Assembly (NCBI GenBank): GCA_038063055.1
Contig: JBBTVY010000005.1
Span: 2,444 to 66,443 of the forward strand
Origin: Patescibacteria group bacterium
GTDB lineage: Bacteria; Patescibacteriota; Minisyncoccia; UBA6257; 2-01-FULL-56-20
DNA length: 64,000 nucleotides
Direction: 5' to 3'
Shown here: one piece after another, positions 51,966-62,228 of the stretch
How positions within the stretch are numbered: the stretch's first letter is position 1
Layout: every line of letters starts with the position of its first letter
Program-made: the position numbers and the translations under genes
Notes under the pieces: generated by a model
Told to the model about the DNA's origin: nothing
Databases searched by the model: none
The model's input: only the letters and a program-made list of their open reading frames with translations

Positions 51966-52334
51966 CTAAACTATTTCTTCGGCCATCGTCATTATTTTTT
52001 CAAAACCCCTGCCTTTCAGTTCCCGCGGCAAAGGCCCGAAAATTCTGGTTGCCACGGGTTCTTTTTTGGCGTCGACAATAACGGCGGCGTTTTCGTCAAA
52101 GCGTACATAGGAACCGTCCGCTCTTCTGTACGGCTTTCTGCTTCTCACAAGAACCGCCCTGACAATGTCTTTATTTTTTATGTTTTTTCTTGGTTCGGCT
52201 TCCTGTACGGACGCTATGAAAATATCTCCGATTCCGGCATAGCGGCGTCTGGTTCCCCCCAAAATGCGGAAACAGCGTATTTTTTTCGCACCGCTGTTAT
52301 CAGCGACTTTTAATATTGAACGTTCCTGAATCAT
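51966..52334 (-). CDS. rplN: 50S ribosomal protein L14
   Basis: 'MIQERSILKVADNSGAKK'. Confidence 0.9.
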   Translation of the reverse strand: MIQERSILKVADNSGAKKIRCFRILGGTRRRYAGIGDIFIASVQEAEPRKNIKNKDIVRAVLVRSRKPYRRADGSYVRFDENAAVIVDAKKEPVATRIFGPLPRELKGRGFEKIMTMAEEIV

Positions 52335-52338
52335 TTTA

Positions 52339-52623
52339 TTATTCCGATTCTTTTCTTTTTTCCGACAGACCGATAATCGTCCACCTTTTATCCTTTGACA
52401 GCGGCCTGGTTTCCTCGATAACGACTTTATCGCCGGCGCGGTATTCGTTTTTTTCGTCGTGCGCCTTGAATTTGGCGGTGACTTTATAGTACTTCAGATA
52501 TTTCGGATGTTTTTTCAGGCGGGTAACCGCAATCACCCGGGTCTTTTGCATTTTGTCCGAAACAATCATGCCGGTTAATCTCCTTTTTCTTTTTTGGGTT
52601 TCTTTAGTCATTTTGATATTCAT
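52339..52623 (-). CDS. rpsQ: 30S ribosomal protein S17
   Basis: S17 family pattern and operon position. Confidence 0.85.
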   Translation of the reverse strand: MNIKMTKETQKRKRRLTGMIVSDKMQKTRVIAVTRLKKHPKYLKYYKVTAKFKAHDEKNEYRAGDKVVIEETRPLSKDKRWTIIGLSEKRKESE

Positions 52624-52829
52624 ATTTTCCCGCCGTCCGATTTACCTTTAATGAAAGTGATGGTTCTGGCAATGTCTTTTTTAAGAGAGCGGAGGTCCTT
52701 CACGTTTTTAACTTTGCCTGCAGCCAGATCGAATTTTAAAACGCGGAGCTTCTCCCTGGAATCTTTGACGAATTTTTCCAATTCCGCGAGCGGTTTGTTT
52801 TTTAATTCTGTTATTTCTTTTCTTTTCAT
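52620..52829 (-). CDS. rpmC: 50S ribosomal protein L29
   Basis: 69 aa helical; operon position. Confidence 0.85.
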   Translation of the reverse strand: MKRKEITELKNKPLAELEKFVKDSREKLRVLKFDLAAGKVKNVKDLRSLKKDIARTITFIKGKSDGGKI

Positions 52830-52842
52830 GTTTTCCCGGTTA

Positions 52843-53262
52843 TTAAGCTTTTGGTTTTGAAACCACGCGGCTCTTGAACGGCAGCTTGTGGGCGGCCCGG
52901 CGAAGCGCTTCGCGAGCCACTTCTTCTCCGACTCCGTCCACCTCGAGAATTATCCTTCCCGGCCTGACTGGGAAAACATAATGGTCGACGCTACCCTTGC
53001 CTCCGCCCATCGTGGTTTCCGGCGGACGCTTGGTAATCGGCTTGTCCGGAAAAACCCTTATCCAAAGCCTGCCTTGTCTCTTAAGAAAATGGGTGACGGC
53101 GCGGCGCGCGGCTTCTATTTGCCGAGAAGTAAGCCAAGCCGCTTCCGTGGCCTTCAATCCGAATTCACCGTAATTAATGAGCACCCCTCTTCCTTCTTTA
53201 AGGCGGCCGCGAGACCTGCCTTTTTGCCATTTCCTGTGTTTTACTTTTTTTGGTATAAGCAT
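52843..53262 (-). CDS. rplP: 50S ribosomal protein L16
   Basis: '[16 protein letters not shown]'. Confidence 0.9.
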   Translation of the reverse strand: MLIPKKVKHRKWQKGRSRGRLKEGRGVLINYGEFGLKATEAAWLTSRQIEAARRAVTHFLKRQGRLWIRVFPDKPITKRPPETTMGGGKGSVDHYVFPVRPGRIILEVDGVGEEVAREALRRAAHKLPFKSRVVSKPKA

Positions 53263-53304
53263 GTTAGTTTCTAAATTTGTAAGGTTAATTTATAATTTAT
53301 AACT

Positions 53305-53988
53305 TTATGAACTTTTAACTTTTGAAAATACTTCGCCCTTATATATCCAAACTTTTATTCCGATGGTTCCGTAAGTGGTAAAAGCTGTTGCCGTCCCGTA
53401 ATCAATATCGGCGCGAAGATTTTGCAAAGGCAAAGCGCCTTTCTTCAGCGATTCGTCTCTGGCGATTTCAGCGCCGCCAAGGCGGCCCGCCAAAAGAATC
53501 TTTGCTCCCTTTACTTCCCTGTTCTGCACCATCTGCTCCATATATTTTTTCATGGTCCTGCGGAAAGGCATGCGTTTTTCCAAATCCCAGGCTATTTGTT
53601 GAGCCACGTAAGGCGCTGCGATTTCAGACCTCTTGAGTTCTTCAATATTGACGCTCACGTTGACCCGACCCTTGGCTTCTTTTCCTTTTTTGAGAGAATC
53701 TTCCAAAGCTTTCGTGAACTCTTCGATTCCTTTTCCGCCGCGTCCGATTATGAATCCGGGCCGCGCCGCCTTGATGAAAACTTTCAGGTTGTTTATGGTT
53801 CTTTCTATTTCAACCGAAGCGATGCCGGCCATATTCAGTTTCTCGCGTATAAGTTTTCTGATTATCTCGTCTTCGGCGAGATATTTTGGGTAAGTGGAAC
53901 GTCCTCCCTTGTCCGGCAAAAACCAGCGAACCGGCCAGTTCTTTATTATTCCTAAACGAAAAGATTGTGGATTTATTTTCTGTCCCAT
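53305..53988 (-). CDS. rpsC: 30S ribosomal protein S3
   Basis: 'MGQKINPQSFRLGI' and KH domain. Confidence 0.9.
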   Translation of the reverse strand: MGQKINPQSFRLGIIKNWPVRWFLPDKGGRSTYPKYLAEDEIIRKLIREKLNMAGIASVEIERTINNLKVFIKAARPGFIIGRGGKGIEEFTKALEDSLKKGKEAKGRVNVSVNIEELKRSEIAAPYVAQQIAWDLEKRMPFRRTMKKYMEQMVQNREVKGAKILLAGRLGGAEIARDESLKKGALPLQNLRADIDYGTATAFTTYGTIGIKVWIYKGEVFSKVKSS

Positions 53989-53995
53989 GGTGTTG

Positions 53996-54073
53996 CTAAT
54001 TTACAGATTTTTATGAATATACGAATAAAAATTTTGTTTATTTATAAAATTCGTATATTCGTACTGATTCGTA
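53996..54073. repeat. 78-bp palindromic element in the rpsC 5' UTR, identical to 50626..50703
   Basis: Exact 78/78 match by eye. Confidence 0.85.
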
Positions 54074-54083
54074 ATTTCGCATA

Positions 54084-54614
54084 CTAAACTGATTTTCTTC
54101 TGAAAATCTTTTTGAAGAAACCCGGTTTCTGGTGGGTGGCCTGTTCCGCCGACTTTCTTTCTGCAGAAAGTTTCTTTTCTTTTTTTGGTTCTTCCTGCGC
54201 GGTTTTTTTGGTTTTTTTCCTGATTTCCATCCTGAAGCGGGCTTTCTTTAATTCGGGATTTTCGGACAAAACAAGGGTAACATGACTCATTTTCTTTTGG
54301 ATAGGGGTGGCTATTCCTTTCGCCCGCGGCAGTATTCTTTTGAGCATCGGGCCCTGGTCGACGCGAATGCTTTCAATGTAAAGTTTGTCCGGACTGGATT
54401 TGAAATTACGTACGGCTCCGGCAACCGCAGAACGCAGCAATTTCAAAATCGGCTTGGCGGCCCGTCTGTTTTGAACGACAAGCTGAGCTTCGGCTTCGTT
54501 TACCGTCAAGCCCTTCAACAAACCGGCAATGGCTCTTGCTTTTCGTGGCGCCATCCGCAGATAACTCAAACGGGCCGTTTCTTTCATTTTTTTGTCGGCA
54601 GTTTGTTCGGTCAT
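54084..54614 (-). CDS. rplV: 50S ribosomal protein L22 with Lys-rich C-terminal extension
   Basis: 'RMAPRKARAIAGLLKGLTVNEAEAQL'. Confidence 0.85.
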   Translation of the reverse strand: MTEQTADKKMKETARLSYLRMAPRKARAIAGLLKGLTVNEAEAQLVVQNRRAAKPILKLLRSAVAGAVRNFKSSPDKLYIESIRVDQGPMLKRILPRAKGIATPIQKKMSHVTLVLSENPELKKARFRMEIRKKTKKTAQEEPKKEKKLSAERKSAEQATHQKPGFFKKIFRRKSV

Positions 54615-54617
54615 GTT

Positions 54618-54935
54618 TTAAGAAGTTTTAGCCGCCGGTTTTTGGGCTGTTTCGGTCTTTTGTTCCAATTCTTTCTGCATCTTTCCGCCGTGCCTCACGA
54701 ACTTTCTTGTCGGAGAAAATTCTCCGAGACGGTGCCCGACCATATCTTCGTTTACCCTGACCTCAATGAAATTTTTTCCGTTGTGGACGGAAAAAACATA
54801 CCCGACCATTTCTGGCGAAATTTCCGAAGCGCGCGACCAGGTTTTTATGGGACTTCCCTCGCCGGCTTTTTGGCGGGAAATTTTTTTCAGAATATCAGAC
54901 GCCACGTAGGGCGGTTTTTTTGATGAACGCGACAT
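54618..54935 (-). CDS. rpsS: 30S ribosomal protein S19
   Basis: '[16 protein letters not shown]...[13 protein letters not shown]'. Confidence 0.9.
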   Translation of the reverse strand: MSRSSKKPPYVASDILKKISRQKAGEGSPIKTWSRASEISPEMVGYVFSVHNGKNFIEVRVNEDMVGHRLGEFSPTRKFVRHGGKMQKELEQKTETAQKPAAKTS

Positions 54936-55031
54936 AATCGTTTTGTGGTATCGATACCAATATACGTAATGATGCTAATTATACAAATACAATTCGTATC
55001 ATTAGTAAATTAGTATATTCGCATCGATACA

Positions 55032-55853
55032 TTACTTTCTTCGTTTAATTATCATCTTACTCGACCACTTTTTCTTATTTCTGGTTTTTCTTCCGCCGGT
55101 AATTTTACCCCAAAGCGTTTTCGGGCGGCGCGTGCCTCGCGGCTGTCTGCCTTCGCCTCCGCCGTACGGATGGTCAACCGGGTTCATGGCCGTGCCTCTT
55201 ACCGTCGGCCTGATGCCGAGCCAGCGTGAACGCCCTGCTTTGCCGATAACCGTAAGATTGTGCTCGGAATTCGAAACTTTTCCCAACGAAGCATAGCCGC
55301 CCCACTGGACGCGTCTTATTTCACCGGAAGAAAGCTTAAGGTCGGTGTATCCGCCGTCGTTGGCCAGAACTTCCGCGAAAGAACCGGCCGACCTGGCCAT
55401 TTGGCCGCCGCGGCCCGGAGTAAGCTCAACGTTGTGAACCTGATATCCAACTGGTATGTTTTTCAGCATCAGCCTGTTGCCGGTTTTCAGCGGCGCCGAT
55501 TCGGCCGAAATTATTTCGGAGCCGATTTCGAGCCCACTCGGAGCAAGAACGTAGCGGCGTTCTCCGTCTTTGTATTTCAACAGGACTATGAAAGCGGTGC
55601 GATACGGGTCATATTCCAATGTTTCCACCCTGGCCGATTGATTGAACTTGTTCTGCCTGAAATCTATATCGCGATAAAGCTTTTTGTGTCCGCCGGATTG
55701 ATGGCGCGTCGTTATTCTGCCCTGGCTGTTCCGGCCGGCGTGCGCCTTAAGCCGCCTAGTAAGCTGTTTTCGCGGTTTTGTTTTTGAAAGACCGGAATAA
55801 TCCGGATGGGTGGTTTGCCGCCTGGAAGGGGTTGTCGGTGAATAAGTTTTCAT
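55032..55853 (-). CDS. rplB: 50S ribosomal protein L2
   Basis: 'GGGEGRQ' and L2 family pattern. Confidence 0.9.
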   Translation of the reverse strand: MKTYSPTTPSRRQTTHPDYSGLSKTKPRKQLTRRLKAHAGRNSQGRITTRHQSGGHKKLYRDIDFRQNKFNQSARVETLEYDPYRTAFIVLLKYKDGERRYVLAPSGLEIGSEIISAESAPLKTGNRLMLKNIPVGYQVHNVELTPGRGGQMARSAGSFAEVLANDGGYTDLKLSSGEIRRVQWGGYASLGKVSNSEHNLTVIGKAGRSRWLGIRPTVRGTAMNPVDHPYGGGEGRQPRGTRRPKTLWGKITGGRKTRNKKKWSSKMIIKRRK

Positions 55854-55854
55854 T

Positions 55855-56130
55855 TTAGTTTATTTCTATTTTTTGTCCTTCCTTAAGGGTTACGATGGCT
55901 TTCTTGTGGCCGGACCTGGCGCCTGCTTTGTTCCGGAATTTCTTTACTTTCGGATGACGCGTCACTGTCTTGATTTTCACGACATCGATTCCATAAATCT
56001 TTTTAAGCGCTTTTTTTATTTCGTTTTTTGTGGACGAAAGTTCTACCATAAAAACATATTTTCCGGCTTTGCTCAAATCAGTGGCTTTCTCGGTGATATG
56101 CGGCTTTTTTATGACAAATGAGCTTTTCAT
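55855..56130 (-). CDS. rplW: 50S ribosomal protein L23
   Basis: Operon position and L23 pattern. Confidence 0.85.
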   Translation of the reverse strand: MKSSFVIKKPHITEKATDLSKAGKYVFMVELSSTKNEIKKALKKIYGIDVVKIKTVTRHPKVKKFRNKAGARSGHKKAIVTLKEGQKIEIN

Positions 56131-56194
56131 TTTAGTTTGTAATTAAACTTTTGTTTAATCAATCGGTTCGCTCGGCTAAAATTAAAATAGAATT

Positions 56195-56854
56195 TCATTT
56201 TACTCCTCGCTGCCGATTGTAATGCTTGGTTATCGACGGAACGGCTTTCTGGTCTATGAAAACGTTTTTGTGTTTCATTATTTCGTAAACATTAAGCGAT
56301 TCCGGACTTATTACTCCTGCCTTTTGAAGGTTAGCGGCCGCCCTGAAAATTTTTTTATTCTCCATATCCGGAACGAAAAGAATGTCGTACTTATTTGAAT
56401 TTTTCCGGAGTTTAACGAGATTTTTCAAAAGCTCCGCGAGGATTTTTGTTTTAGCCGATTCTATTTCCAGCGTTTCAAAAAATTTGACTTCGCCGTCATT
56501 GAGTTTTTTCGAAAGAAGGCTCATAAGCGCGATGCGGCGCATTTTTTTGTTCACTTTTTGCGAATAATCCCTCTCCTTGCTCGGTCCGTGGGCTTTGCCG
56601 CCGCCCTTCCAGAGCGGAGAGCGTATTGAGCCGTGACGGGCGCGTCCGGTTCCTTTTTGCCTCCACGGTTTCTTGCCTCCTCCTCTGACTTCGCCTCTTC
56701 CTTTGGCGTGCGCCCAGGGACGGCGCAAATTGGCGAGTTGCGCGCTGAGAATCTGGGCGATGAGAGATGCTTTCCACGGCGCGCCGAAAACCTTCTCCGG
56801 CAAATCTATCTCGCCGACTTTTTCATTTTTCCAGTTGTAGATATTCGTTTTCAT
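56195..56854 (-). CDS. rplD: 50S ribosomal protein L4
   Basis: L4 family pattern; start at 56854 (MKTNIYNW) preferred over the listed 56917, which would run into a palindromic spacer. Confidence 0.8.
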   Translation of the reverse strand: MKTNIYNWKNEKVGEIDLPEKVFGAPWKASLIAQILSAQLANLRRPWAHAKGRGEVRGGGKKPWRQKGTGRARHGSIRSPLWKGGGKAHGPSKERDYSQKVNKKMRRIALMSLLSKKLNDGEVKFFETLEIESAKTKILAELLKNLVKLRKNSNKYDILFVPDMENKKIFRAAANLQKAGVISPESLNVYEIMKHKNVFIDQKAVPSITKHYNRQRGVK

Positions 56855-56929
56855 GAAAATTGATTTATGATTTAAGATTTTGGATTTAAGAATAATTATT
56901 TCGTGTTCATAATTCATAAATCATAATTC

Positions 56930-57502
56930 TTAAATCTTTTGTATCTCAAGTAGTCCTCCGCGGGCTCCCGGAACGGCTCCTTTTATCATTAAAATGTTTT
57001 TATCCACGTCGACTCCGGCTACGGTGAGATTTTTGACGGTAACGCGGTCGCCGCCCATCCGTCCGGCCATTTTCCTTCCCGGAAAAACTTTTTGCGGAGC
57101 GGTTGAACCTATCGAACCGGGGGCGCGCAAGCGGTTCTTCTGCCCGTGCGTTTTTGGACCACCATGGAAACCGTGCCTTTTGACTACGCCCTGGAATCCG
57201 CGCCCCTTGGAAACTCCGCTTACTCTGACAATGTCGCCTTCCTTGAAAACGGAAATGTTAACAGCATCGTCAACTTTGAACTTTTCCGCCAGAGGCGGAT
57301 CCGCCTTCGGCGGAGAACTTTGAACTTTGAACTCTCGCTTTCGTTTGCCGAAAGCGAGCTGGACGGCTTCATAACCGTCTTTTTCTTTTGTGCGGACGAG
57401 AGTTACCTTGTTTTTGGAAACTTCAACCAAAGTCACCGGAATGACCTTGTCTTCTTTCCAAATCTGGCTCATGTTCAGTTTTTTGCCCAATATGAAAGAC
57501 AT
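56930..57502 (-). CDS. rplC: 50S ribosomal protein L3
   Basis: 'MSFILGKKLNMSQIW'; internal start preferred. Confidence 0.85.
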   Translation of the reverse strand: MSFILGKKLNMSQIWKEDKVIPVTLVEVSKNKVTLVRTKEKDGYEAVQLAFGKRKREFKVQSSPPKADPPLAEKFKVDDAVNISVFKEGDIVRVSGVSKGRGFQGVVKRHGFHGGPKTHGQKNRLRAPGSIGSTAPQKVFPGRKMAGRMGGDRVTVKNLTVAGVDVDKNILMIKGAVPGARGGLLEIQKI

Positions 57503-57590
57503 CTTGGTTTTCTGCGAAAATCGGTATGTATACGATTTGGCGCATGCCGGAATATTGTATACAAACAAACGGCTCCCGTCAATATGGGTA

Positions 57591-57634
57591 ATAAAAAAAA
57601 TGAATCGCCGGGCTTCCCGAAGGAAGTCCCGGCT
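57591..57634 (-). terminator. Rho-independent terminator on the minus strand, downstream of the inserted 107-aa gene
   Basis: 'gccgggacttccttcgggaagcccggc' followed by 'gattcatttttttt' on the minus strand. Confidence 0.7.
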
Positions 57635-57722
57635 TGATGCTTGGAGATATGTTGATGTACTATAGTATGTCGACTCAATGCCCTCCTCGCTTTTGCATTA
57701 GCCCTTTTTGCCGGATGCTATC

Positions 57723-58046
57723 TTAGAAAGCGTCGATGGCACGAGCTTTTTTCCTTCTCGCCTCCTGGTATTCAGAGGTGCACCGGGTTTTTTCGGCAGC
57801 GATATGGGTGAATAAGTTTTCCCGCCCAGGCAGACCTTGATCCCTGAATTTTTGCTCGAACACATTATGAATGGCGTCATGATTTGCCGGAATGACGGAT
57901 GACTGAACAATGTCCGCCAATGCTGAAAGCACAGCCACATCAATCGTTCTTGTGTTGTGGTCTCTTCTGCCGGATTGGTTGACCCAGTTCGACGTGCTGT
58001 TGACTTGTAACACTATTGCTTCGTGAAACGGTTTCGGCGCTGACAT
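57723..58046 (-). CDS. Hypothetical 107-aa protein inserted between rpsJ and rplC; atypical composition; candidate autoregulated DNA-binding protein
   Basis: Not lysine-rich. Preceded by a canonical AGGAG Shine-Dalgarno (58056..58060) that native genes lack, and by the 18-bp palindrome 'catggcgaatttgccatg' (58069..58086). Has its own terminator. Confidence 0.5.
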   Translation of the reverse strand: MSAPKPFHEAIVLQVNSTSNWVNQSGRRDHNTRTIDVAVLSALADIVQSSVIPANHDAIHNVFEQKFRDQGLPGRENLFTHIAAEKTRCTSEYQEARRKKARAIDAF

Positions 58047-58125
58047 AGCAGGAAACTCCTAATATTCACATGGCGAATTTGCCATGATTATTAAAACACT
58101 AGAAACTAAAAACTACAAGCGTAGA

Positions 58126-58250
58126 TTTTCGGTTTAAGAGAAGCTATCGCAGACACAAAAAGCTTGGTCTCGCGGAGCGAGTTTTTGTGTCGAGATGCAA
58201 GAATGCCCATCCGCTGGAGATGGGCAATTCTGGTTCTCTTAAACCGAAAA
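58126..58250 (-). other. Structured non-coding leader: 17-bp perfect inverted repeat enclosing two nested hairpins
   Basis: 'ttttcggtttaagagaa' at 58126..58142 pairs with 'ttctcttaaaccgaaaa' at 58234..58250. Inner stems gcccat/atgggc and gacacaaaaa/tttttgtgtc. Confidence 0.55.
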
Positions 58251-58262
58251 TTGGAGCCCCCT

Positions 58263-58592
58263 TTAAGCCATTTTTATCTCTATATCAACACCGGCGGGAA
58301 GATTCAGGTTCGAGAGCGATTCTATTATCTTCTGGTTTGGATTGGAGATGTCTATCAGGCGCTTATGTATTCTCAGCTCGAATTGTTCGCGGGAGTCCTT
58401 ATGGACGAAAGTCGAGCGGTTGACGGTAAATCTTTTTATTTCCGTCGGAAGAGGAATCGGGCCGGTAATTTTGGCATCGTTTCTTTCGGCGGCTTCTATA
58501 ATCTGGCGCGCCGAATTGTCTATGAGCTTGTGGTCGTAGGACTTCAAGCGTAAGCGGAGTTTCTGGGGAAGCTCGTTGTCTTTCTTGGCCAT
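58263..58592 (-). CDS. rpsJ: 30S ribosomal protein S10
   Basis: S10 family pattern; follows tuf. Confidence 0.9.
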   Translation of the reverse strand: MAKKDNELPQKLRLRLKSYDHKLIDNSARQIIEAAERNDAKITGPIPLPTEIKRFTVNRSTFVHKDSREQFELRIHKRLIDISNPNQKIIESLSNLNLPAGVDIEIKMA

Positions 58593-58704
58593 GTTCGTTT
58601 TACTTCATCAGCGAATAACGAATAATTTTCGAATTTACGAATGGATTTCGACTTTGCTCATCATAAATTCGTATATTCGTAATGGATTCGTTATTCGTTG
58701 ATGG

Positions 58705-59904
58705 TTACTTCAATATTTTGGTTACGACACCGGCGCCCACTGTTTTTCCTCCTTCCCTGATTGCGAATCTCTGTTTTTCTTCAAGGGCAACCGGGGAAAT
58801 AAGCTTGCCGGTTACGTTGACTGTGTCTCCGGGCATTACCATTTCCGTTCCTTGAGGGAGAGTCACGTCGCCGGTTACGTCAGTGGTCCTGATGTAGAAC
58901 TGCGGCTTGTATCCCGTGAAAAACGGAGTGTGTCGTCCGCCTTCCTCTTTGCTGAGCACGTAAACTTCGGCTTCGAATTCGGTGTGCGGAGTCACGCTGC
59001 CGGGTTTCGCGATAACTTGTCCCCTCTCGACGTCCTCTTTCTTTAGTCCGCGGAGTAGGATTCCGACGTTGTCGCCCGCGAGCCCTTCATCGAGAAGCTT
59101 GTTGAACATTTCGATTCCCGTGACGACGGTCTTCTGGGTCGGTTTCAGTCCGATTACTTCCACTTCTTCGTTGACTTTTATCCTACCGCGCTCGGCCCTG
59201 CCGGTGACAACCGTACCTCGGCCTTCGATTGAGAAAATGTCTTCAACCGGCATAAGAAAAGGTTTGTCGAGTTCGCGGACCGGCTCGGGGATGTAATCGT
59301 CAAGGGCTTTTACCAAATCCAAAATCGGTTTCGCGTCCGGGTCGTCGGGGGACTTTGCATTCAAGGCCTTAAGTGCCGAACCGCGTATGACCGGGGTGGC
59401 GTCGCCGTCATAGTTGTATTTTTTCAAAAGCTCCCTTACTTCCGATTCAACGAGGTCAATCAGTTCTTTGTCCTCGACCTGGTCTACCTTGTTCAAAAAC
59501 ACGACGATTTTAGGCACGCCTACCTGATAAGCGAGCAGAATGTGCTCTCTTGTCTGAGGCATCGGGCCGTCGGTGGCCGCGACCACGAGAATCGCGCCGT
59601 CCATCTGGGCGGCGCCCGTTATCATGTTTTTGATGTAGTCCGCGTGTCCCGGAGCGTCGATGTGCGCGTAGTGGCGCTTCTCCGATTCGTATTCGGAGTG
59701 GTGAAGGGCGATAGTGATGCCGCGCGCTTTTTCTTCTGGCGCGTTGTCAATCTGATCGATGCCTTCCTCTTTTTTCGCCAGACCCTTCATAAAAAGGATG
59801 TGGGTCATCGCCGCGGTCAATGTGGTTTTGCCGTGGTCGACATGACCTATGGTGCCGACGTTTACGTGCGGCTTGCCTCTTGTAAACTTTTCTTTTTCAG
59901 CCAT
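58705..59904 (-). CDS. tuf: Elongation factor Tu
   Basis: '[10 protein letters not shown]', 'DAPGHADY', 'NKVD'. Confidence 0.95.
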   Translation of the reverse strand: MAEKEKFTRGKPHVNVGTIGHVDHGKTTLTAAMTHILFMKGLAKKEEGIDQIDNAPEEKARGITIALHHSEYESEKRHYAHIDAPGHADYIKNMITGAAQMDGAILVVAATDGPMPQTREHILLAYQVGVPKIVVFLNKVDQVEDKELIDLVESEVRELLKKYNYDGDATPVIRGSALKALNAKSPDDPDAKPILDLVKALDDYIPEPVRELDKPFLMPVEDIFSIEGRGTVVTGRAERGRIKVNEEVEVIGLKPTQKTVVTGIEMFNKLLDEGLAGDNVGILLRGLKKEDVERGQVIAKPGSVTPHTEFEAEVYVLSKEEGGRHTPFFTGYKPQFYIRTTDVTGDVTLPQGTEMVMPGDTVNVTGKLISPVALEEKQRFAIREGGKTVGAGVVTKILK

Positions 59905-59969
59905 TTTTTAAAATTTATACTTTTTTATTTATTCCTAAGTTTTTCGACCTAGTTTTCGACAGTTCGGTA

Positions 59970-59997
59970 ATTTTAACGCCAAACCGAGAATTGTCAA
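59970..59997 (-). promoter_or_regulatory. Candidate sigma70-type promoter for tuf in the fusA-tuf spacer
   Basis: Minus-strand TTGACA (59992..59997), 16-nt spacer, TAAAAT (59970..59975). Confidence 0.5.
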
Positions 59998-60029
59998 CCC
60001 CCGTGCCATAACGGCGATGGGACATACCG

Positions 60030-62135
60030 CTACTTCCTTTTACCCTCGATTATTAATTGCGCGATATTGTTTGGTGTGGGTTCATAACTGCTAAATTCCA
60101 TGCTAAAACTGCCTCGTCCCTGCGTCAGCGAGCGGAGCGCCGTGGCGTAACCGAACATTTCCGACAGCGGGACTTTGGCGTCTATAACTTTGATATTGGC
60201 CCTGTCGCCGATGGTTTCTATTTTGCCGCGCCTGGAATTTATATCCCCCGTTGTTTCTCCGAGAAAGTCCTGCGGGATTATTACCTGTGTTTTCATTATC
60301 GGTTCGAGAATAACGGCTTTGGCGCGCTTGGCGGCTTCCTGAAAAGCCATTGAACCGGCGATTTTGAAAGCGGCCTCCGAAGAGTCCACTTCATGAAATG
60401 AACCGTCGTAGAGCGACACTTCGACGTCAACCACCGGATAGTGCGCGAGCACGCCTCTGTCCAGCGCTTCCTTTACTCCTTTCTCGACGGCGGGAATGAA
60501 TTCGTTCGGGATTATTCCTCCTCTAATCTTGTTAACGAAAACAAAACCCTGTCCGCGCTCGAGCGGCTTTACTTTCAGCCAGACATGGCCGTACTGGCCG
60601 CGGCCGCCGGACTGGCGGATATATTTGCCTTCGGCTTCGGCTTCGCCGCTGATTGTTTCCTTGTATGCGACCTGCGGGCGGCCGACATTGGCTTCGACGC
60701 CGAATTCCCTTTTCATTCTGTCAACGATTATTTCCAAGTGAAGTTCGCCCATGCCGGAAATTATCGTCTCTCCGGTTTCAGGGTCGCCGGCGACGCGGAA
60801 AGTCGGGTCTTCGTCGGCCAGGCGGTGCAACGCGGTACCCATTTTTTCCTGGTCGGCTTTTGTCTTGGGTTCGATTCTGATGCCGATAACCGGTTCCGGA
60901 AATATTATTCTTTCCAGAATTATCGGGGAATCTGGATTGCATATGGTGTCGCCCGTACCCGTGTTTTTCAATCCGACTATGGCGGCTATTTCTCCGGCGT
61001 AAACTTCTTCCACTTCTTCGCGCTGGTTGGCGTGCATCCTTACGATACGCCCGACGCGCTCCTGCTCGCCTTTTGTGGCGTTCAAAACGTAAGAGCCGCG
61101 CTTAATAACCCCCGCGTAATTCCTGAAATAAGTCAGACTGCCGACGTAAGGGTCGTTCGCTATCTTGAAAGCGAGAGCGGTGAACGGTTCTCCGTCATCC
61201 GCCTTTCTGAAAATTTCTTCTCCTGTTTTTAAATCGATTCCCTTGACCGGTGGCAAATCCGAAGGCGAAGGAAGATAATCGACTACCGCGTCCAGAACCA
61301 GCTGAACTCCTTTATTCTTCAGCGCCGAACCGGTGAACACCGGAATTATTTTGTTTTCGATAGTCGCTTTTCTCAGGGCGCGCCTCAGGTCGTCGATGTG
61401 AATTTCTTCTCCGGCAAGATATTTTTCCATGAGCGCGTTGTCGTTGTCGACAACTGCTTCAATCAGTTTCCGGCGATATTTTTCCATATCCGCTTTCATT
61501 TCTTCCGGAATCGGTATTTCAACGACGCGCTCGCCGTGTTCTCCCTGGAATTCGAAAGCTTTCTTTTGCAATAAATCGACGAGCCCGCGGAAATTTGATT
61601 CCGAGCCGATTGGCAGCTGGACTGGAAAAGCGCAGTTGGTCAGGCGCTCTTTTATGGAAGCCAGGCTTTTTTCGAAACTCGCGCCCATGCGGTCCAGTTT
61701 GTTTATGAAGCAGACCCTCGGAACTTTGTATTCTTCGGCGTAATGCCAGTTCGTTTCCGACTGCGGCTCCACGCCGGCGACGCCGTCGAAAACCACCACG
61801 GCTCCGTCGAGAACGCGCAACGAACGCTTTACTTCAACGGTGAAATCGATGTGACCCGGAGTGTCTATGAGGTTTATGCGGTATTCGAAATTTTTGTCGC
61901 CGTCGCGGTAAGTGGGAACCCAGAAAGCGGTTGTGGCCGCGGCGGTAATGGTAATGCCGCGTTCCCTTTCCTGCTCCATCCAGTCCATGACCGTGTCGCC
62001 CTCATGCACTTCTCCGATTTTGTGCGAAACGCCGGTGTAAAAAAGAACGCGTTCGCTGACGGTGGTTTTTCCCGCGTCAATGTGGGCGATTATTCCTATA
62101 TTCCTTGTTTTTTCGATGGGATATTGTCTGGGCAT
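60030..62135 (-). CDS. fusA: Elongation factor G
   Basis: 'AHIDAGKTT', 'DTPGHIDF' and EF-G domains. Confidence 0.95.
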   Translation of the reverse strand: MPRQYPIEKTRNIGIIAHIDAGKTTVSERVLFYTGVSHKIGEVHEGDTVMDWMEQERERGITITAAATTAFWVPTYRDGDKNFEYRINLIDTPGHIDFTVEVKRSLRVLDGAVVVFDGVAGVEPQSETNWHYAEEYKVPRVCFINKLDRMGASFEKSLASIKERLTNCAFPVQLPIGSESNFRGLVDLLQKKAFEFQGEHGERVVEIPIPEEMKADMEKYRRKLIEAVVDNDNALMEKYLAGEEIHIDDLRRALRKATIENKIIPVFTGSALKNKGVQLVLDAVVDYLPSPSDLPPVKGIDLKTGEEIFRKADDGEPFTALAFKIANDPYVGSLTYFRNYAGVIKRGSYVLNATKGEQERVGRIVRMHANQREEVEEVYAGEIAAIVGLKNTGTGDTICNPDSPIILERIIFPEPVIGIRIEPKTKADQEKMGTALHRLADEDPTFRVAGDPETGETIISGMGELHLEIIVDRMKREFGVEANVGRPQVAYKETISGEAEAEGKYIRQSGGRGQYGHVWLKVKPLERGQGFVFVNKIRGGIIPNEFIPAVEKGVKEALDRGVLAHYPVVDVEVSLYDGSFHEVDSSEAAFKIAGSMAFQEAAKRAKAVILEPIMKTQVIIPQDFLGETTGDINSRRGKIETIGDRANIKVIDAKVPLSEMFGYATALRSLTQGRGSFSMEFSSYEPTPNNIAQLIIEGKRK

Positions 62136-62228
62136 AATCTTAAAGAATCTAGAATCTAGAAAATAGAATCTAGTAGGATTTTTTTAAAACTAATCTGAAT
62201 TCTGGATTCTAGTTTCTGATTTCTGAAT

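Noticed and set aside
57698-57943. 81-aa ORF overlapping the 107-aa inserted gene in another frame
   Set aside because: It is shorter, lacks the Shine-Dalgarno/operator context, and runs through the terminator.
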